Part shown: positions 34,969 through 44,610 of the stretch, piece by piece
Position numbering within the stretch: position 1 is the first letter of the stretch
Layout of the letters: each line of letters begins with the position of its first letter
From: an uncultured delta proteobacterium
GTDB taxonomy: Bacteria; Myxococcota; Myxococcia; Myxococcales; Myxococcaceae
Direction: 5' to 3'
Assembly (NCBI GenBank): GCA_963771175.1
Contig: CAVYSY010000040.1
Span: 1 to 64,000 of the forward strand
Length of the DNA stretch: 64,000 nucleotides
The notes under the pieces: generated by a model
The model's database searches: none
What the model was told of the DNA's origin: nothing
What the model saw: only the letters and a program-made list of their open reading frames with translations
Program-made: the position numbers and the translations under genes

Positions 34969-36586
34969 TCAGAAACGGTACGTCACGAGCGACCCGAGCT
35001 CCCAGTAGCCCAGGGAGCGCTGCGCATCGACGTTGTAGAGGAGGTAGTGGACGCGGGCGCGTCCGGTGAGCTCGAAGTGTTCCGAGAGGCGCCAGCGCAC
35101 GCCGGCCACGAGGCCCGGAGTGAACACCGCGTAGAACTGGTCCGGCAGGCTGGTGTCCTCGAAGTCGCGGCCCATGACGAGGTACGCGAGCCGCACTCCG
35201 ACGAACGGGGACACGTTGCCCAGGGGGAACTCGGCCACCAGGGACGTGCCCAGGTTCAGCAGCGAGTAGCGGTAGCTCGGGCCCGAGAGGGTGGGGAGCT
35301 CCAGGGTGGCCCTGCCGCCCGCCGAAAGCGAGGTCGAAGTCCCAGCGCCAGTCCTCGCGGAAGTAGTGGTGCAGGCCCACCTCCAGGCCCATCAGCGGCG
35401 TGGAGAGGAAGAGGTGCTCGCGGGTGGGGGCGTCGAAGAAGGAGTGGTAGCCGCCGGTGAGCCCGAGCGTCCAGTACGTGCGCGGCCCGCGCTCCCTCGG
35501 GGGCACGCCCTTCACCGGGTCATCCGAGAAGGGTGCATCGCGCAGCCGCGACTCGTCGAGCACCGTGGTGCGCCCGCGCCGGACCTCCGCCTCGCCGATG
35601 CGCAGCCGATCCGCGAGCCGGCGCTTCACCCTGTACGTGCCCGGGGCCAGGGCCACCCGCCGCTCCAGGTCCGCGGCCTTGTCCAGCTCGGCCACCACGG
35701 AGCCGCTCGGGTCCACGAAGTAGTACGCCCCGGGCGGTGCGGTACGCGGCACCAGCAGCCCCTCGTCGCGCAACCGCACGTCCGTCAGCACCAGGTCGCC
35801 ATTGCCGGCGAGGTCGTAGCTGAAGGTGGGGTGCTGGGGCCCGGCGCTGCTGTCCGCGGTGTCCGCCACGGTGCGGGCGTAGGCATGGGAGTAGGCCTCG
35901 AAGAGCGTCACCTGCCCGTCGCCCGAGCGATCCGCATCCCCCATCAGCCCACTGGCCAGGTGGTGGGAGAAGAAGCTGCCTCCGAGCAGGTCTGATTCCT
36001 GCGAGTCCTCGTTCGCGGAGCTGGAGGTGAGGATGACGAGCCCCCGTGCATCGCGCGAGGCGTCCGCGTCGATGGCGAAGGCCGGCGCACGACGAGCCCC
36101 CTTCTCCCGCGTGAGCGCCCCCGAGCGGCACGAGTCCAGGATGGCGATGCGGATGTCCACGGGAGCCGCCGACAGCCGGCGCTTCAGGTCCTCGAACTCG
36201 AGCTGGCTCTTCCCCAACCGCAGCGAGCCGTCCTTCGCATGTCCCGAGTAGTAGATGAGGAGCGCGGTGCGCTCGCCCCGGGCCTGGGCCGCTCGGGAGC
36301 TCGTTTCCAGCTCGGACAGGGCCTGGAGGAAGTCGTCCGCGTCATCATCCAGCAGCAGCCGTGCGTCGCCGGGGTCCACGCCGCCAAGCCGCAGCAGCAG
36401 CGCGTGCATCTTGCGCGCGTCGTCCCGAGCGAAGCGCAGGGGCCGGGTATCCGCGCCGCCCTCGTCGTTGCCCACCACCAGGGCGAACCGGCGCAGCGAG
36501 TCCGCGCGCACGGTCGTCGTCAGCAGCAGCGCCAGGGCGAGCGCCCAGGTCTGGACGGAGGCGCACCTCATGGCGGGCCAGCTCAT
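34969..36586 (-). CDS. Secreted caspase-family (peptidase C14) protein with a C-terminal outer-membrane beta-barrel (indel near 35311)
   Basis: Signal peptide, RFALVVGN, YYSGH, ILDSCRSG, SQESD and QHP. The corrected C-terminus has amphipathic strands and ends LVTYRF. Confidence 0.85.
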
Positions 36587-37338
36587 GGCTTGCGCAGGAG
36601 CCAGTGGCTCTCCTCGCCGTCCACTCCCAGCGAGGAGGGCATGGCCGCCACGTCCCGTCCGGCGGCCTCCCAGGACCGCCGAACCGCGGCCCGAGCCGCC
36701 TCCACCTCCAGCGGCTCCTCGGAGAGCACCACCACCACGCGCTCGAGGCCGGAGCCGGTGAAGTCCACGCTGTCGGGCAGCCAGTGCGTCCCGGCACCCG
36801 GTTCCACGGGCAGGCTCGTTCCCGAGGCGGGGTAGAGCGCCGACACCTCGCCGGCCTCATCCACGGACACCGCGAGCACGTACCGGTGCTCCCCCGCGAC
36901 GTAACCCACCCGCACGCGCTCGCCCGGTGCGAGCGTCTCGGTGGCGCCCGGCTGCGCGGTGCGCTGTGCCAGTCCGTCGCCGCCGATGCGCAGCTCCGCC
37001 GTGGCACCGCCCTTGAGCCGGTTCGTCGGAGGCGAGGAGAGCAGCGGCCGGACCACCACCGCCAGCAGCACCGTGGCCGCCACCGCCACCAGGAAGCCAT
37101 TGAACCGGGGCCGAGCGGGCGCCGCCGATGGCTTGCGCAGGGTGCGCTCCACGCCCGCGGCGAAGCGCTCGAAGGGAACCTCCGCCTCGAAGCGGGCCTG
37201 TTCCGACTCGAGGCCCTTCAGCACCCCGTGACACTCCGCGCACGCGGACACGTGGGCTCGGACCTGCTGGGACTCGGGGCCAGGGAGCTCTCCGGCGTGC
37301 AGCCGACGCAGCGTCCACTCCGACAGGTGCGCGCTCAT
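36583..37338 (-). CDS. Zinc-binding (ZAS, HxxxCxxC) membrane anti-sigma factor with a periplasmic domain
   Basis: HVSACAEC, TM FLVAVAATVLLAVVV, and RLKGG...LAPGERVRV...GLERVVVVLS (DUF4384-like). Confidence 0.85.
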   Translation of the reverse strand: MSAHLSEWTLRRLHAGELPGPESQQVRAHVSACAECHGVLKGLESEQARFEAEVPFERFAAGVERTLRKPSAAPARPRFNGFLVAVAATVLLAVVVRPLLSSPPTNRLKGGATAELRIGGDGLAQRTAQPGATETLAPGERVRVGYVAGEHRYVLAVSVDEAGEVSALYPASGTSLPVEPGAGTHWLPDSVDFTGSGLERVVVVLSEEPLEVEAARAAVRRSWEAAGRDVAAMPSSLGVDGEESHWLLRKP

Positions 37339-37874
37339 GGGACTTTCAGCTCCTCGTTCGTCAGGGCGGCGAAGCGCTCCAGCCGCTTGCGCACCGTGGG
37401 CACCGAGCGCCCCAGCACCGCGGCCACCTCTTCCAGCGTCATCCCGTCCACCCAGTAGTGCACCACCGCCGCCTGCGTCTCCACGTCCACCCGCGAGAGG
37501 AGCGAGCGCACCAGCTCCCGCGTCTCCATCGTCTGCTCCCCACCGCTTCCCTCCGGGCGGGACGCCGCGTCCCGCTCGAACCAGCGCCGCCACGGCGCCT
37601 GCTCCGCGCGGAGCTGGTTGAGGCAGTGGTGGGTGGCGATCTTCATCAGCCACGCGAGCGGCGAGACCTCGGCGCGGAACTCATCCGCGTGGGTGAGGGC
37701 GCGAGCGAACACCTCCTGCATCGCGTCCTCGGCCTTCGTGGCGTCCTTCAACAGATAGCGGCAGCGCCCATACACGCTGCCGCCATGGGTCGAGTACAGC
37801 TCACGCAGGAACGCGCGCCGATCCTTCTGACCACCATCGATGACCTTCAGGGCCGGTTGGGTCGTTCCTGCCAC
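37335..37874 (-). CDS. ECF RNA polymerase sigma factor
   Basis: AEDAMQEVF and WLMKIATHHCLN (region 2); DGMTLEEVAAVLGRSVPTVRKRL (region 4). Confidence 0.92.
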   Translation of the reverse strand: MAGTTQPALKVIDGGQKDRRAFLRELYSTHGGSVYGRCRYLLKDATKAEDAMQEVFARALTHADEFRAEVSPLAWLMKIATHHCLNQLRAEQAPWRRWFERDAASRPEGSGGEQTMETRELVRSLLSRVDVETQAAVVHYWVDGMTLEEVAAVLGRSVPTVRKRLERFAALTNEELKVP

Positions 37875-37914
37875 GCACTGCCTCGCATCGCTCCGGGGTG
37901 GTCGCCTCCCGAGC

Positions 37915-38908
37915 TTACAACGAGGAGTAGACCGGCGCGGTGAAGACGCAGTTCGTGGTCTCGGTGCCGTAGCCCACTCGCGGGTCGTAGCTGGCGCGCA
38001 GGTACTGGCTGGCGAAGGCCGTGTCCCAGCACTCGTTGACGGTGGCCTCGCCCACCAGGTCCCCACCCGACAGCTTGACATCCGAGCGGCCCGCCCCGGT
38101 CTCCTGCCAGCGGCTCTTGATGGTGAGGGTCTCCTTCGCGGGGGGTGGAGCCGACCGGCTTGTACCAGTCCTGGGTGAGCTTGAAGTCGAACTCACCGCC
38201 CTGGCTCGGGAGCGCCTTGTAGCCGTAGTTCGCGTCCACGCGCTTGGTGGCGTCGTTGCCGTCCTTCACCTGGACGAAGGCCGCGTCCACGGTGACGGCG
38301 CTCGTCGCGTCCTGGCGCGAGTACTTCACGGTCATGCGGCCCACGTTGTTGTCGTGCTCCGGCAGCGTCTGGGCCTTGTCCCAGTCGAGGGTGAACTCAC
38401 CCTGGCCGAAGCCCTTCATCGGCTCGTCGGCCTCGTTCACCGCGGCGGTGTGGCTGCCGACGATGACGTCCACGAAGGCCGAGTCCGCCGCGTCCTTCGC
38501 CTTGGCCGAGACGGTGTAGCTGTAGGTGTTGTCGCCCGTCTTCTTCACGGTGAGCTTCCAGGTGTTGCGGGCCAGCGCCTCGGTGTGCGGGCCCCACACC
38601 GCGGTGTCCTCGGTCAGCGTGGTGGGCTGGTACTTCGTCACTCCGTCCACCAGTCCCAGCACCGCCAGCGTGCCGCCGTTGACCAGCACCGTGGCCCCAC
38701 GGGTCAGCGTGTACAGGTCGCTCGTCTGGCCCTGCGCGGACTGCTCGCCCACGCTGTCCACCATCAGACCCTGGCCACTCTTCGCCGGCGTCTTCACCTC
38801 CACCATCTCCTTGGTGGGCAGCACGGAGCGGAACTCCTCCTCACGGTCCATGCGGCCACAGCCAGCGAGCATCAGGGCGGCGAACAGCAGGCTCTTGCGC
38901 GTCGTCAT
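37915..38908 (-). CDS. Lipoprotein A of the ECF/caspase module (indel in a homopolymer near 38142)
   Basis: MTTRKSLLFAALMLAGC lipobox; continues into the 37915..38196 frame (SRWQETGAG, ECWDTAF). Confidence 0.8.
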
Positions 38909-39121
38909 CTTTCGTCCTCTCGGGTGATTCCGCCCGGCCCTGTCGGGCCATCGCGGGTCGTTCGCCCGTAGGGACACGGCAGGGGTCGAAAACAGAAAAC
39001 TCGATTTTTCGAGGGCGAAAACCCCCGTGATTCCAAGACCTTGGAGGCCCCCTTGCCTGCCCAGCGGGCATACCGGGCGGGCGTGCCGACGGGAAAAAGC
39101 CCTCGTTCCTAGGTTCTCCGC

Positions 39122-39979
39122 ATGGAAAAGCGACACCCCAACCACCCCGGGGAGATGGGACTCGACGCCTCGCTCGCGGAGCGGCACCGGACGTCGGACG
39201 AGATCAACGCCCGTGGCCGAGCCATCGAGGTGTTGCTGGATGCCGGTGTGCCGTTCCTGGTGGGCGGGGCCTACGCCTACGCCACCTATACGGGCATCTA
39301 TCGGGACACGAAGGACCTGGACCTCTTCCCTCGCAAGCGGGACGCGGAGCGGGCGCTCGTGGAACTGGAGAAGGATGGCTGGCGCACCGAGCGCACCGAC
39401 GAGGTGTGGCTCTACAAGGCCTTCAAGGGCGAGTACTTCGTGGACTTCATCTTCTCGTCCGGCAACGGCGTGGCCTCGGTGGATGACGAGTGGTTCATCC
39501 ACGCGAGGACGGCCTCCATCTTCGGCTACCCCTGCCTCATCTCACCGGCCGAGGAGACGATCTGGTCCAAGGCCTTCGTGAACGAGCGCGAGCGGTACGA
39601 TGGCGCGGATATCAACCACCTCATCCTCAAGGTGGGGAGGGGGATGGACTGGGAGCGGCTGCTGCGGCGCTTCGATCGGTACTGGGAGGTGCTGCTCAGC
39701 CACCTGATGATGTTCCGCTTCGCCTACCCGAGCGAGAGAGATCTGATCCCCACGTGGCTGATGACGGAGCTCATGTCGCGCACGCTGGACACGCTCAAGG
39801 AAGGCAACTGGGACGAGCGACTGTGCCGCGGGAATCTCATCTCGCGGGTGAACTACGTGGTGGACATCCATCACTGGGGCTACGGGGACGGACGCTCCTG
39901 GGATGAGCGAGAGCGAGAGAAGGGGGAGTCACGTGGCGAGGGACGCGAGCTCGAAAATACGGCTGGCGGCGGTCGGTGA
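39122..39979 (+). CDS. Pol-beta-superfamily nucleotidyltransferase
   Basis: FLVGGAYA...RDTKDLDLF (GG...DxD) with a third Asp in VDFIF. Confidence 0.85.
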   Translation: MEKRHPNHPGEMGLDASLAERHRTSDEINARGRAIEVLLDAGVPFLVGGAYAYATYTGIYRDTKDLDLFPRKRDAERALVELEKDGWRTERTDEVWLYKAFKGEYFVDFIFSSGNGVASVDDEWFIHARTASIFGYPCLISPAEETIWSKAFVNERERYDGADINHLILKVGRGMDWERLLRRFDRYWEVLLSHLMMFRFAYPSERDLIPTWLMTELMSRTLDTLKEGNWDERLCRGNLISRVNYVVDIHHWGYGDGRSWDEREREKGESRGEGRELENTAGGGR

Positions 39980-40667
39980 TCTCCACTGCCGGGATGATCA
40001 GCACGGCCGTTTCCGCCAGCTCGTCAAGCAGGTCAACGCGGAAGCGGACGTGCTGGTGCTCTGTGGGGACCTGACGGATCGCGGGATGATCGAGGAGGCC
40101 AAGGTGCTCGCCGAGGAGCTGTCCGCCGTGCGGGTGCCGATGGCGGCGGTGCTCGGCAATCACGACTACGAGCACAACCAGGCCAAGGAGATCTGCGGCG
40201 AGCTGGCCCGGGTGGGCCTCCACATCCTCGATGGGGACCACTTCATCTTCGAGAAGGTGCTGGGCGTGGCCGGGGTGAAGGGCTTCGGCGGTGGCTTCGG
40301 CAACGCGACGCTGCAGGCCTTCGGCGAGGGGCAGACGAAGGCCTTCGTGCAGGAGGCGGTGCACGAGTCGCTCAAGCTGGAAGCGGCGCTGAGCCACCTC
40401 GACACGCCGAAGAAGGTCGTCATCATGCACTACGCGCCCGTCCCGGACACGTTGGAGGGCGAGAACATCGAGATCCGCCCCTTCCTCGGGACGAGCCGCC
40501 TGGCGATGCCGGTGGACCACTACGGGGCGGAGGCCGTCTTCCACGGGCATGCGCACCACGGCGCGCCCGCTGGGAAGACGAAGAGCGGCATCCCCGTCTA
40601 CAACGTGGCGATGCCGCTCATGACGAAGCTGCACCCTGAGCAGCGCTTCATGCTGTTCGAGGTGTGA
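39933..40667 (+). CDS. Calcineurin-like metallophosphoesterase
   Basis: GDLH, GDLTD, GNHD, HY and HGHAH motifs; overlaps the nucleotidyltransferase 3' end. Confidence 0.92.
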   Translation: MARDASSKIRLAAVGDLHCRDDQHGRFRQLVKQVNAEADVLVLCGDLTDRGMIEEAKVLAEELSAVRVPMAAVLGNHDYEHNQAKEICGELARVGLHILDGDHFIFEKVLGVAGVKGFGGGFGNATLQAFGEGQTKAFVQEAVHESLKLEAALSHLDTPKKVVIMHYAPVPDTLEGENIEIRPFLGTSRLAMPVDHYGAEAVFHGHAHHGAPAGKTKSGIPVYNVAMPLMTKLHPEQRFMLFEV

Positions 40668-40676
40668 GGCGGAGGC

Positions 40677-42173
40677 TCAGGGGGTGCCGGCCGCGGCGGG
40701 CATGCCCTCCATCAGGTCCTCGAGGGCCAGGGGCAGCCCGTTGATGGCGGACTTCTCCACCTCGAGCACCTCGTCGGACGCGCCGCGTGCCCACAGGCGG
40801 TTGGAGTTGTTCTTCACCTCGTTGCCAATCCACAGCCGGGCCACCTCCTTGCCGTCGGCGCCCAGCAGCGACACGCCGCGCGAGGCGTCTCCGATGCCGT
40901 ACTTGCTCCAGCTCTTCGGGCGGACCTCGGTGACGGCCACGCCCTTGAGCTTCTCCAGCGAGCCCAGCAGCGAGGCCACCTTGAACTCCTTGGCCTTGCC
41001 AGGCATGGGCGACACCACCTCCCACTTGCCCGAGTCCAGGGTCTTCGCCAGCTTGATGGCCAGCTCGCCACCACCCGGGCGGACGATGAGCTCGTGGACC
41101 TGATCGGTCTCGAACGCGAGCGCCTTCTTGTCCTTCAGGTTCGGGACGTCCAGATCCAGGACATTGAGGGTGTTGGGGTCCACCCCGGCGAGCATGGAGT
41201 CCGCGCCCCACTCGCTCAGCGCGTAGACCTGCTTGTTGCCGTCCACCTGCACCTCGGCGATGCGCACGCGCACCGGCTCGCCGAGGTTGGGGACGAAGCG
41301 TGCGTCCACCTGGGGCTTCTCCAGGGCCGCGCGTATCTGGGCCTCCCGCTCCTGCGGAGGGAAGGAGATGGCGGGGTAGGCCACCAGCGACGACATCATG
41401 TCCGACACCCGCTGGGAGTCCGCGCGCAGCTCCACCGGCCGCGTGAGCTTCCACGGCTTGTCCGTGGTGGTGCGCTCCAGGGTGTAGGTGTTCTTGCGCG
41501 CCTTCACCTCGATGCGCAGGAGCGTGGGCTCCTTCATGGGGAACACCTTGTGGTCGCGCCAGTCCACGGTGTGCTTCTCCAGCGCATAGCGGAGCGCGCC
41601 GTCGGCGGTGTACACGCGCGAGTCGCCCTCGCGGCGCAGGTACACCGAGCCGTCGAAGGGGTTCTCCACGCCGCTGTGGAACGTCAGCGTGCGCTGGCGC
41701 GCCGGGTCCTCCGCTCCACCGCCTTGCGCGTCCGGCACGTACGCCTTGGCCGTCACGGTGGCCCGGGGTGGCTTGAGCCCGTAGCGCTCCAGGTCCGCGT
41801 CGGTGGGGTTCTCCTCCACGGTGCTCTTGAACTTCGCGATCGCGAGCTGGTTGACGAGGCCCTCCACCAGTCTCTTGTCCGCCCGCGCCGCCATCGGCGA
41901 CGTGACGCGCCAGATGCCGTTCTGGAGCTCCATCACCGTCTTCGACTGGCGGACCTCCACGGAGAGGGAGGTGAAGACGGGAGCTGGGGGCCCACCGCCG
42001 TCGGTGCCGCGCTCACCGGGGGCCTGGGTGGCGAAGAGCGTCTCCTCCACTTCCTTGCGCTGGGCCTCCTTCTCCTCCGGCTTCATCACGCCGAGGTACG
42101 CGTAGAGACCGAGCCCGCCAGCGACCAGGGCGGCGAGCAGCAACGTGACGAGGTTCTTCTGCTTGGCGTTCAC
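40677..42173 (-). CDS. DUF4340-like periplasmic protein of a Gld-type ABC system
   Basis: N-terminal anchor, repeated W..T.P...RAD units, DLERYGL and YGI. Confidence 0.75.
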   Translation of the reverse strand: MNAKQKNLVTLLLAALVAGGLGLYAYLGVMKPEEKEAQRKEVEETLFATQAPGERGTDGGGPPAPVFTSLSVEVRQSKTVMELQNGIWRVTSPMAARADKRLVEGLVNQLAIAKFKSTVEENPTDADLERYGLKPPRATVTAKAYVPDAQGGGAEDPARQRTLTFHSGVENPFDGSVYLRREGDSRVYTADGALRYALEKHTVDWRDHKVFPMKEPTLLRIEVKARKNTYTLERTTTDKPWKLTRPVELRADSQRVSDMMSSLVAYPAISFPPQEREAQIRAALEKPQVDARFVPNLGEPVRVRIAEVQVDGNKQVYALSEWGADSMLAGVDPNTLNVLDLDVPNLKDKKALAFETDQVHELIVRPGGGELAIKLAKTLDSGKWEVVSPMPGKAKEFKVASLLGSLEKLKGVAVTEVRPKSWSKYGIGDASRGVSLLGADGKEVARLWIGNEVKNNSNRLWARGASDEVLEVEKSAINGLPLALEDLMEGMPAAAGTP

Positions 42174-43756
42174 TTGTTGCGCCTCGAGAGCCAGATGGCC
42201 AGCCCCACGCCGAGCAGCGTCAGGGGCAGGACGTCGGTGGACACGAAACGGATGCGGCTGAGCATCGCCGCATCCAGTTGGAGGGTGGAGGCCGCGCGGT
42301 CGGGCGGTCGGATGGTGATCTTGTCCACCTGCTGGGTGGCCCAGCCGAGCGCGTTCATCACCAGGTTGCGGTTGCCCTCGTGGCCCCAGTTGGAGTCCAG
42401 GATGAGCTCCGAGTCGCCCACCACCACCAACCGCGCCTCGTCGAAGCGCTTGTCTGGCGCGGTCGAGGTGTTGCGCGTGCTGGCGGACACCAGGGTGAGC
42501 TGACCGGCCTTCTCTCCCTGGGTGGGCGTCGGCTTGTCATCGGGCGTGGACTCCACCCATCCGAAGGGCGAGGTGAGGAGCACGGGCTCCACCTTCACGC
42601 CCTCGGGCAGACCGGTGCTCAGCAGGGCGAGGCTGCGCGCGGTGGGCAGCTCGATGTTGAGCTGTCGCTGGCGCAGGGGCCGGGCGATCTCATGGTTGCC
42701 GTAGAAGATGGAGAGGACGACGTAGGGGCTGCCGCTGTTGAACTGCGCGTCGGCGACCACGCCCTTGTCGAGCTCCACGCCGTACTCGGCGAGCAGCTTC
42801 GACAGCTCGGGGCCCGGCTCACCATAGGCCTCGGCGAAGTAGAGCACCCGGCCGCCGGCGCCCAGGTACTTGCGCAGCGACTCCACCTCGGGCGGGGTGA
42901 AGGGCGCCTTGGCCCCGGCGATGAGCACCAGCGCGGCATCCCTCGGCACCGTGGTGCCACCGGCCAGGTTGAGCTCCCGGGTCGTGTACCCCTCCTGGGC
43001 GAGCTGCTGCTTGAGTTCGGAGAGGCTGGTGATGCGCTGGTTTCGCTGGCCCGGCGTGGGCATTACGGGCTCCAGCGGCCACTCGCCGTGGCCCACCACG
43101 ACGTACACCTTCTGCTCGCTCACCTTCGTCAGCTTGATGAGGGCGTTGGTGAGCTCCTGCTCGCTGATGGTGTTGAGCGCGGTGTGCGACTCGGTGGAGC
43201 CCTCTCCGCGCACCAGCACCACCGTCGTCTGGCCCTCGCGGAGCTTGTACTTCGTGGCCAGGTCCGGGTGGCGGCGCGGATCCTTGAACGAGTACTCGAA
43301 CATGTCCGGCGCCTCGCGCTGGTAGCGCGCGAGCGACTCCTGCAGCGCTTCGTAGGCGGGGTGGTCGGGCGGGACGAAGCCGATGGCCCGCACCTTCTCC
43401 TTGAGGCCCTGGAGCGTGGTCAGCGTCTGGGGAGAGAGCGTGAAGACCTTCCGCTCGGTCAGGTCCCAGCGCTGGTTCTTCTTGTGGACGATATAGTTGA
43501 TGGCCACCAGCGCGCCGAGCGTCACCAGCACCATCAGCGCCGTGCTGGCGAAGAAGAAGCTGGAGCGCCGCGAGGCGAACTGACCGAACTGCTTGAAGTT
43601 GGTGGCGAAGTAGAGCCCCAGCAGCACCGCACCGGCCACGGCCTTGGTGGCGGTGAGGGCCAGGGAGCCCGAGGTGAGGAAGAGGGTGAAGGGGCTGGAG
43701 AGCAGCAGGAGCAGCCCGAACGCACCCAGGATCTTGCCGATGTTGGCCGCTTTCAT
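42170..43756 (-). CDS. GldG-like ABC transporter auxiliary protein
   Basis: WDLT...FTLSPQT, EQELTNAL, GHGE, RLVVVGDS and GNRNLVMNALGW. Confidence 0.85.
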   Translation of the reverse strand: MKAANIGKILGAFGLLLLLSSPFTLFLTSGSLALTATKAVAGAVLLGLYFATNFKQFGQFASRRSSFFFASTALMVLVTLGALVAINYIVHKKNQRWDLTERKVFTLSPQTLTTLQGLKEKVRAIGFVPPDHPAYEALQESLARYQREAPDMFEYSFKDPRRHPDLATKYKLREGQTTVVLVRGEGSTESHTALNTISEQELTNALIKLTKVSEQKVYVVVGHGEWPLEPVMPTPGQRNQRITSLSELKQQLAQEGYTTRELNLAGGTTVPRDAALVLIAGAKAPFTPPEVESLRKYLGAGGRVLYFAEAYGEPGPELSKLLAEYGVELDKGVVADAQFNSGSPYVVLSIFYGNHEIARPLRQRQLNIELPTARSLALLSTGLPEGVKVEPVLLTSPFGWVESTPDDKPTPTQGEKAGQLTLVSASTRNTSTAPDKRFDEARLVVVGDSELILDSNWGHEGNRNLVMNALGWATQQVDKITIRPPDRAASTLQLDAAMLSRIRFVSTDVLPLTLLGVGLAIWLSRRNK

Positions 43757-43778
43757 GGGCATCCTCGAGGCAGGCACG

Positions 43779-44573
43779 TCATGTCCAGCGCTGCGCTTCC
43801 ACCGTGCGGTGGCTGAGCAGCAGGGAGAAGAAGATGACGGACACGAAGAAGACGAGCGCCTTCAGGTCCAGCACGCCGCGCAGCATCCCTTGGAGCTGCG
43901 CGTCGAAGGAGATGGCGTTGATGAAGGAGCGCACCGGCTCCTCGGTCGCCTGCCCCAGCCCGCGCAGCATCGTCCACGGCAGCAGCACCGCGAAGGTGAG
44001 CAGGGCGGCCACCATCTGACTCTCCGTCAGCGCGGAGATGAACATGCCGATGGCCATGCAGGTGGCGCCCCACAGCAGCAGCCCTCCGTAGCCCAGCAGC
44101 ACCGTGGTCCACTCCAGCGCGCTGCCGGACTCGCCCTGGCCGAAGATGGACACGAGCATCGGGAAGAGGATGGTGAGCCCCAGGGTGGCGGTGATGACGC
44201 CCAGCCCGCCCAGGTACTTGCCCAGCACGATGTCGAGCGGCCGGATCGGCGCGGTCATCAGCAGCTCGAACGTCTTGTTGCGCTTCTCCTCGGCGAACAG
44301 CCGCATGGAGAGGAAGGGCGCCACGAAGAGCGTGATGATCATCACCGTGCTCCAGAAGGGCACGATCACGCCATCGGTGAGATTGCGGTACTGCGACGGG
44401 GTGTTGCCCCAGCCGTACGTGCGCGCCATCTCCTGGGCGCGCTGGAAGTCGTAGAGCAGGCCGACGAAGAAGAACGACGCGAGGGTCAGCATGGCCGTGA
44501 AGACCACGTAGGCCCACGGCGTGGTGAAGTAGATGGACAGTTCCTTGCGAGCGATCGCCAGCGCGGTGCGCAT
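43779..44573 (-). CDS. ABC-2 permease (GldF-like)
   Basis: IARKEL..YFTTP, MRLFAEEKRNKTFELLMTAP and VLGKY. Confidence 0.9.
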   Translation of the reverse strand: MRTALAIARKELSIYFTTPWAYVVFTAMLTLASFFFVGLLYDFQRAQEMARTYGWGNTPSQYRNLTDGVIVPFWSTVMIITLFVAPFLSMRLFAEEKRNKTFELLMTAPIRPLDIVLGKYLGGLGVITATLGLTILFPMLVSIFGQGESGSALEWTTVLLGYGGLLLWGATCMAIGMFISALTESQMVAALLTFAVLLPWTMLRGLGQATEEPVRSFINAISFDAQLQGMLRGVLDLKALVFFVSVIFFSLLLSHRTVEAQRWT

Positions 44574-44610
44574 GGGTCCTCCGAAACCGGGAAGGGGGGA
44601 TGCGCGGGTC

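Noticed and set aside
39122..40667. CBASS or type IV toxin-antitoxin call
   Set aside because: No recognisable Cap effector, Cap2/Cap3 or AbiEi partner; the motifs support only a generic NTase and phosphoesterase.
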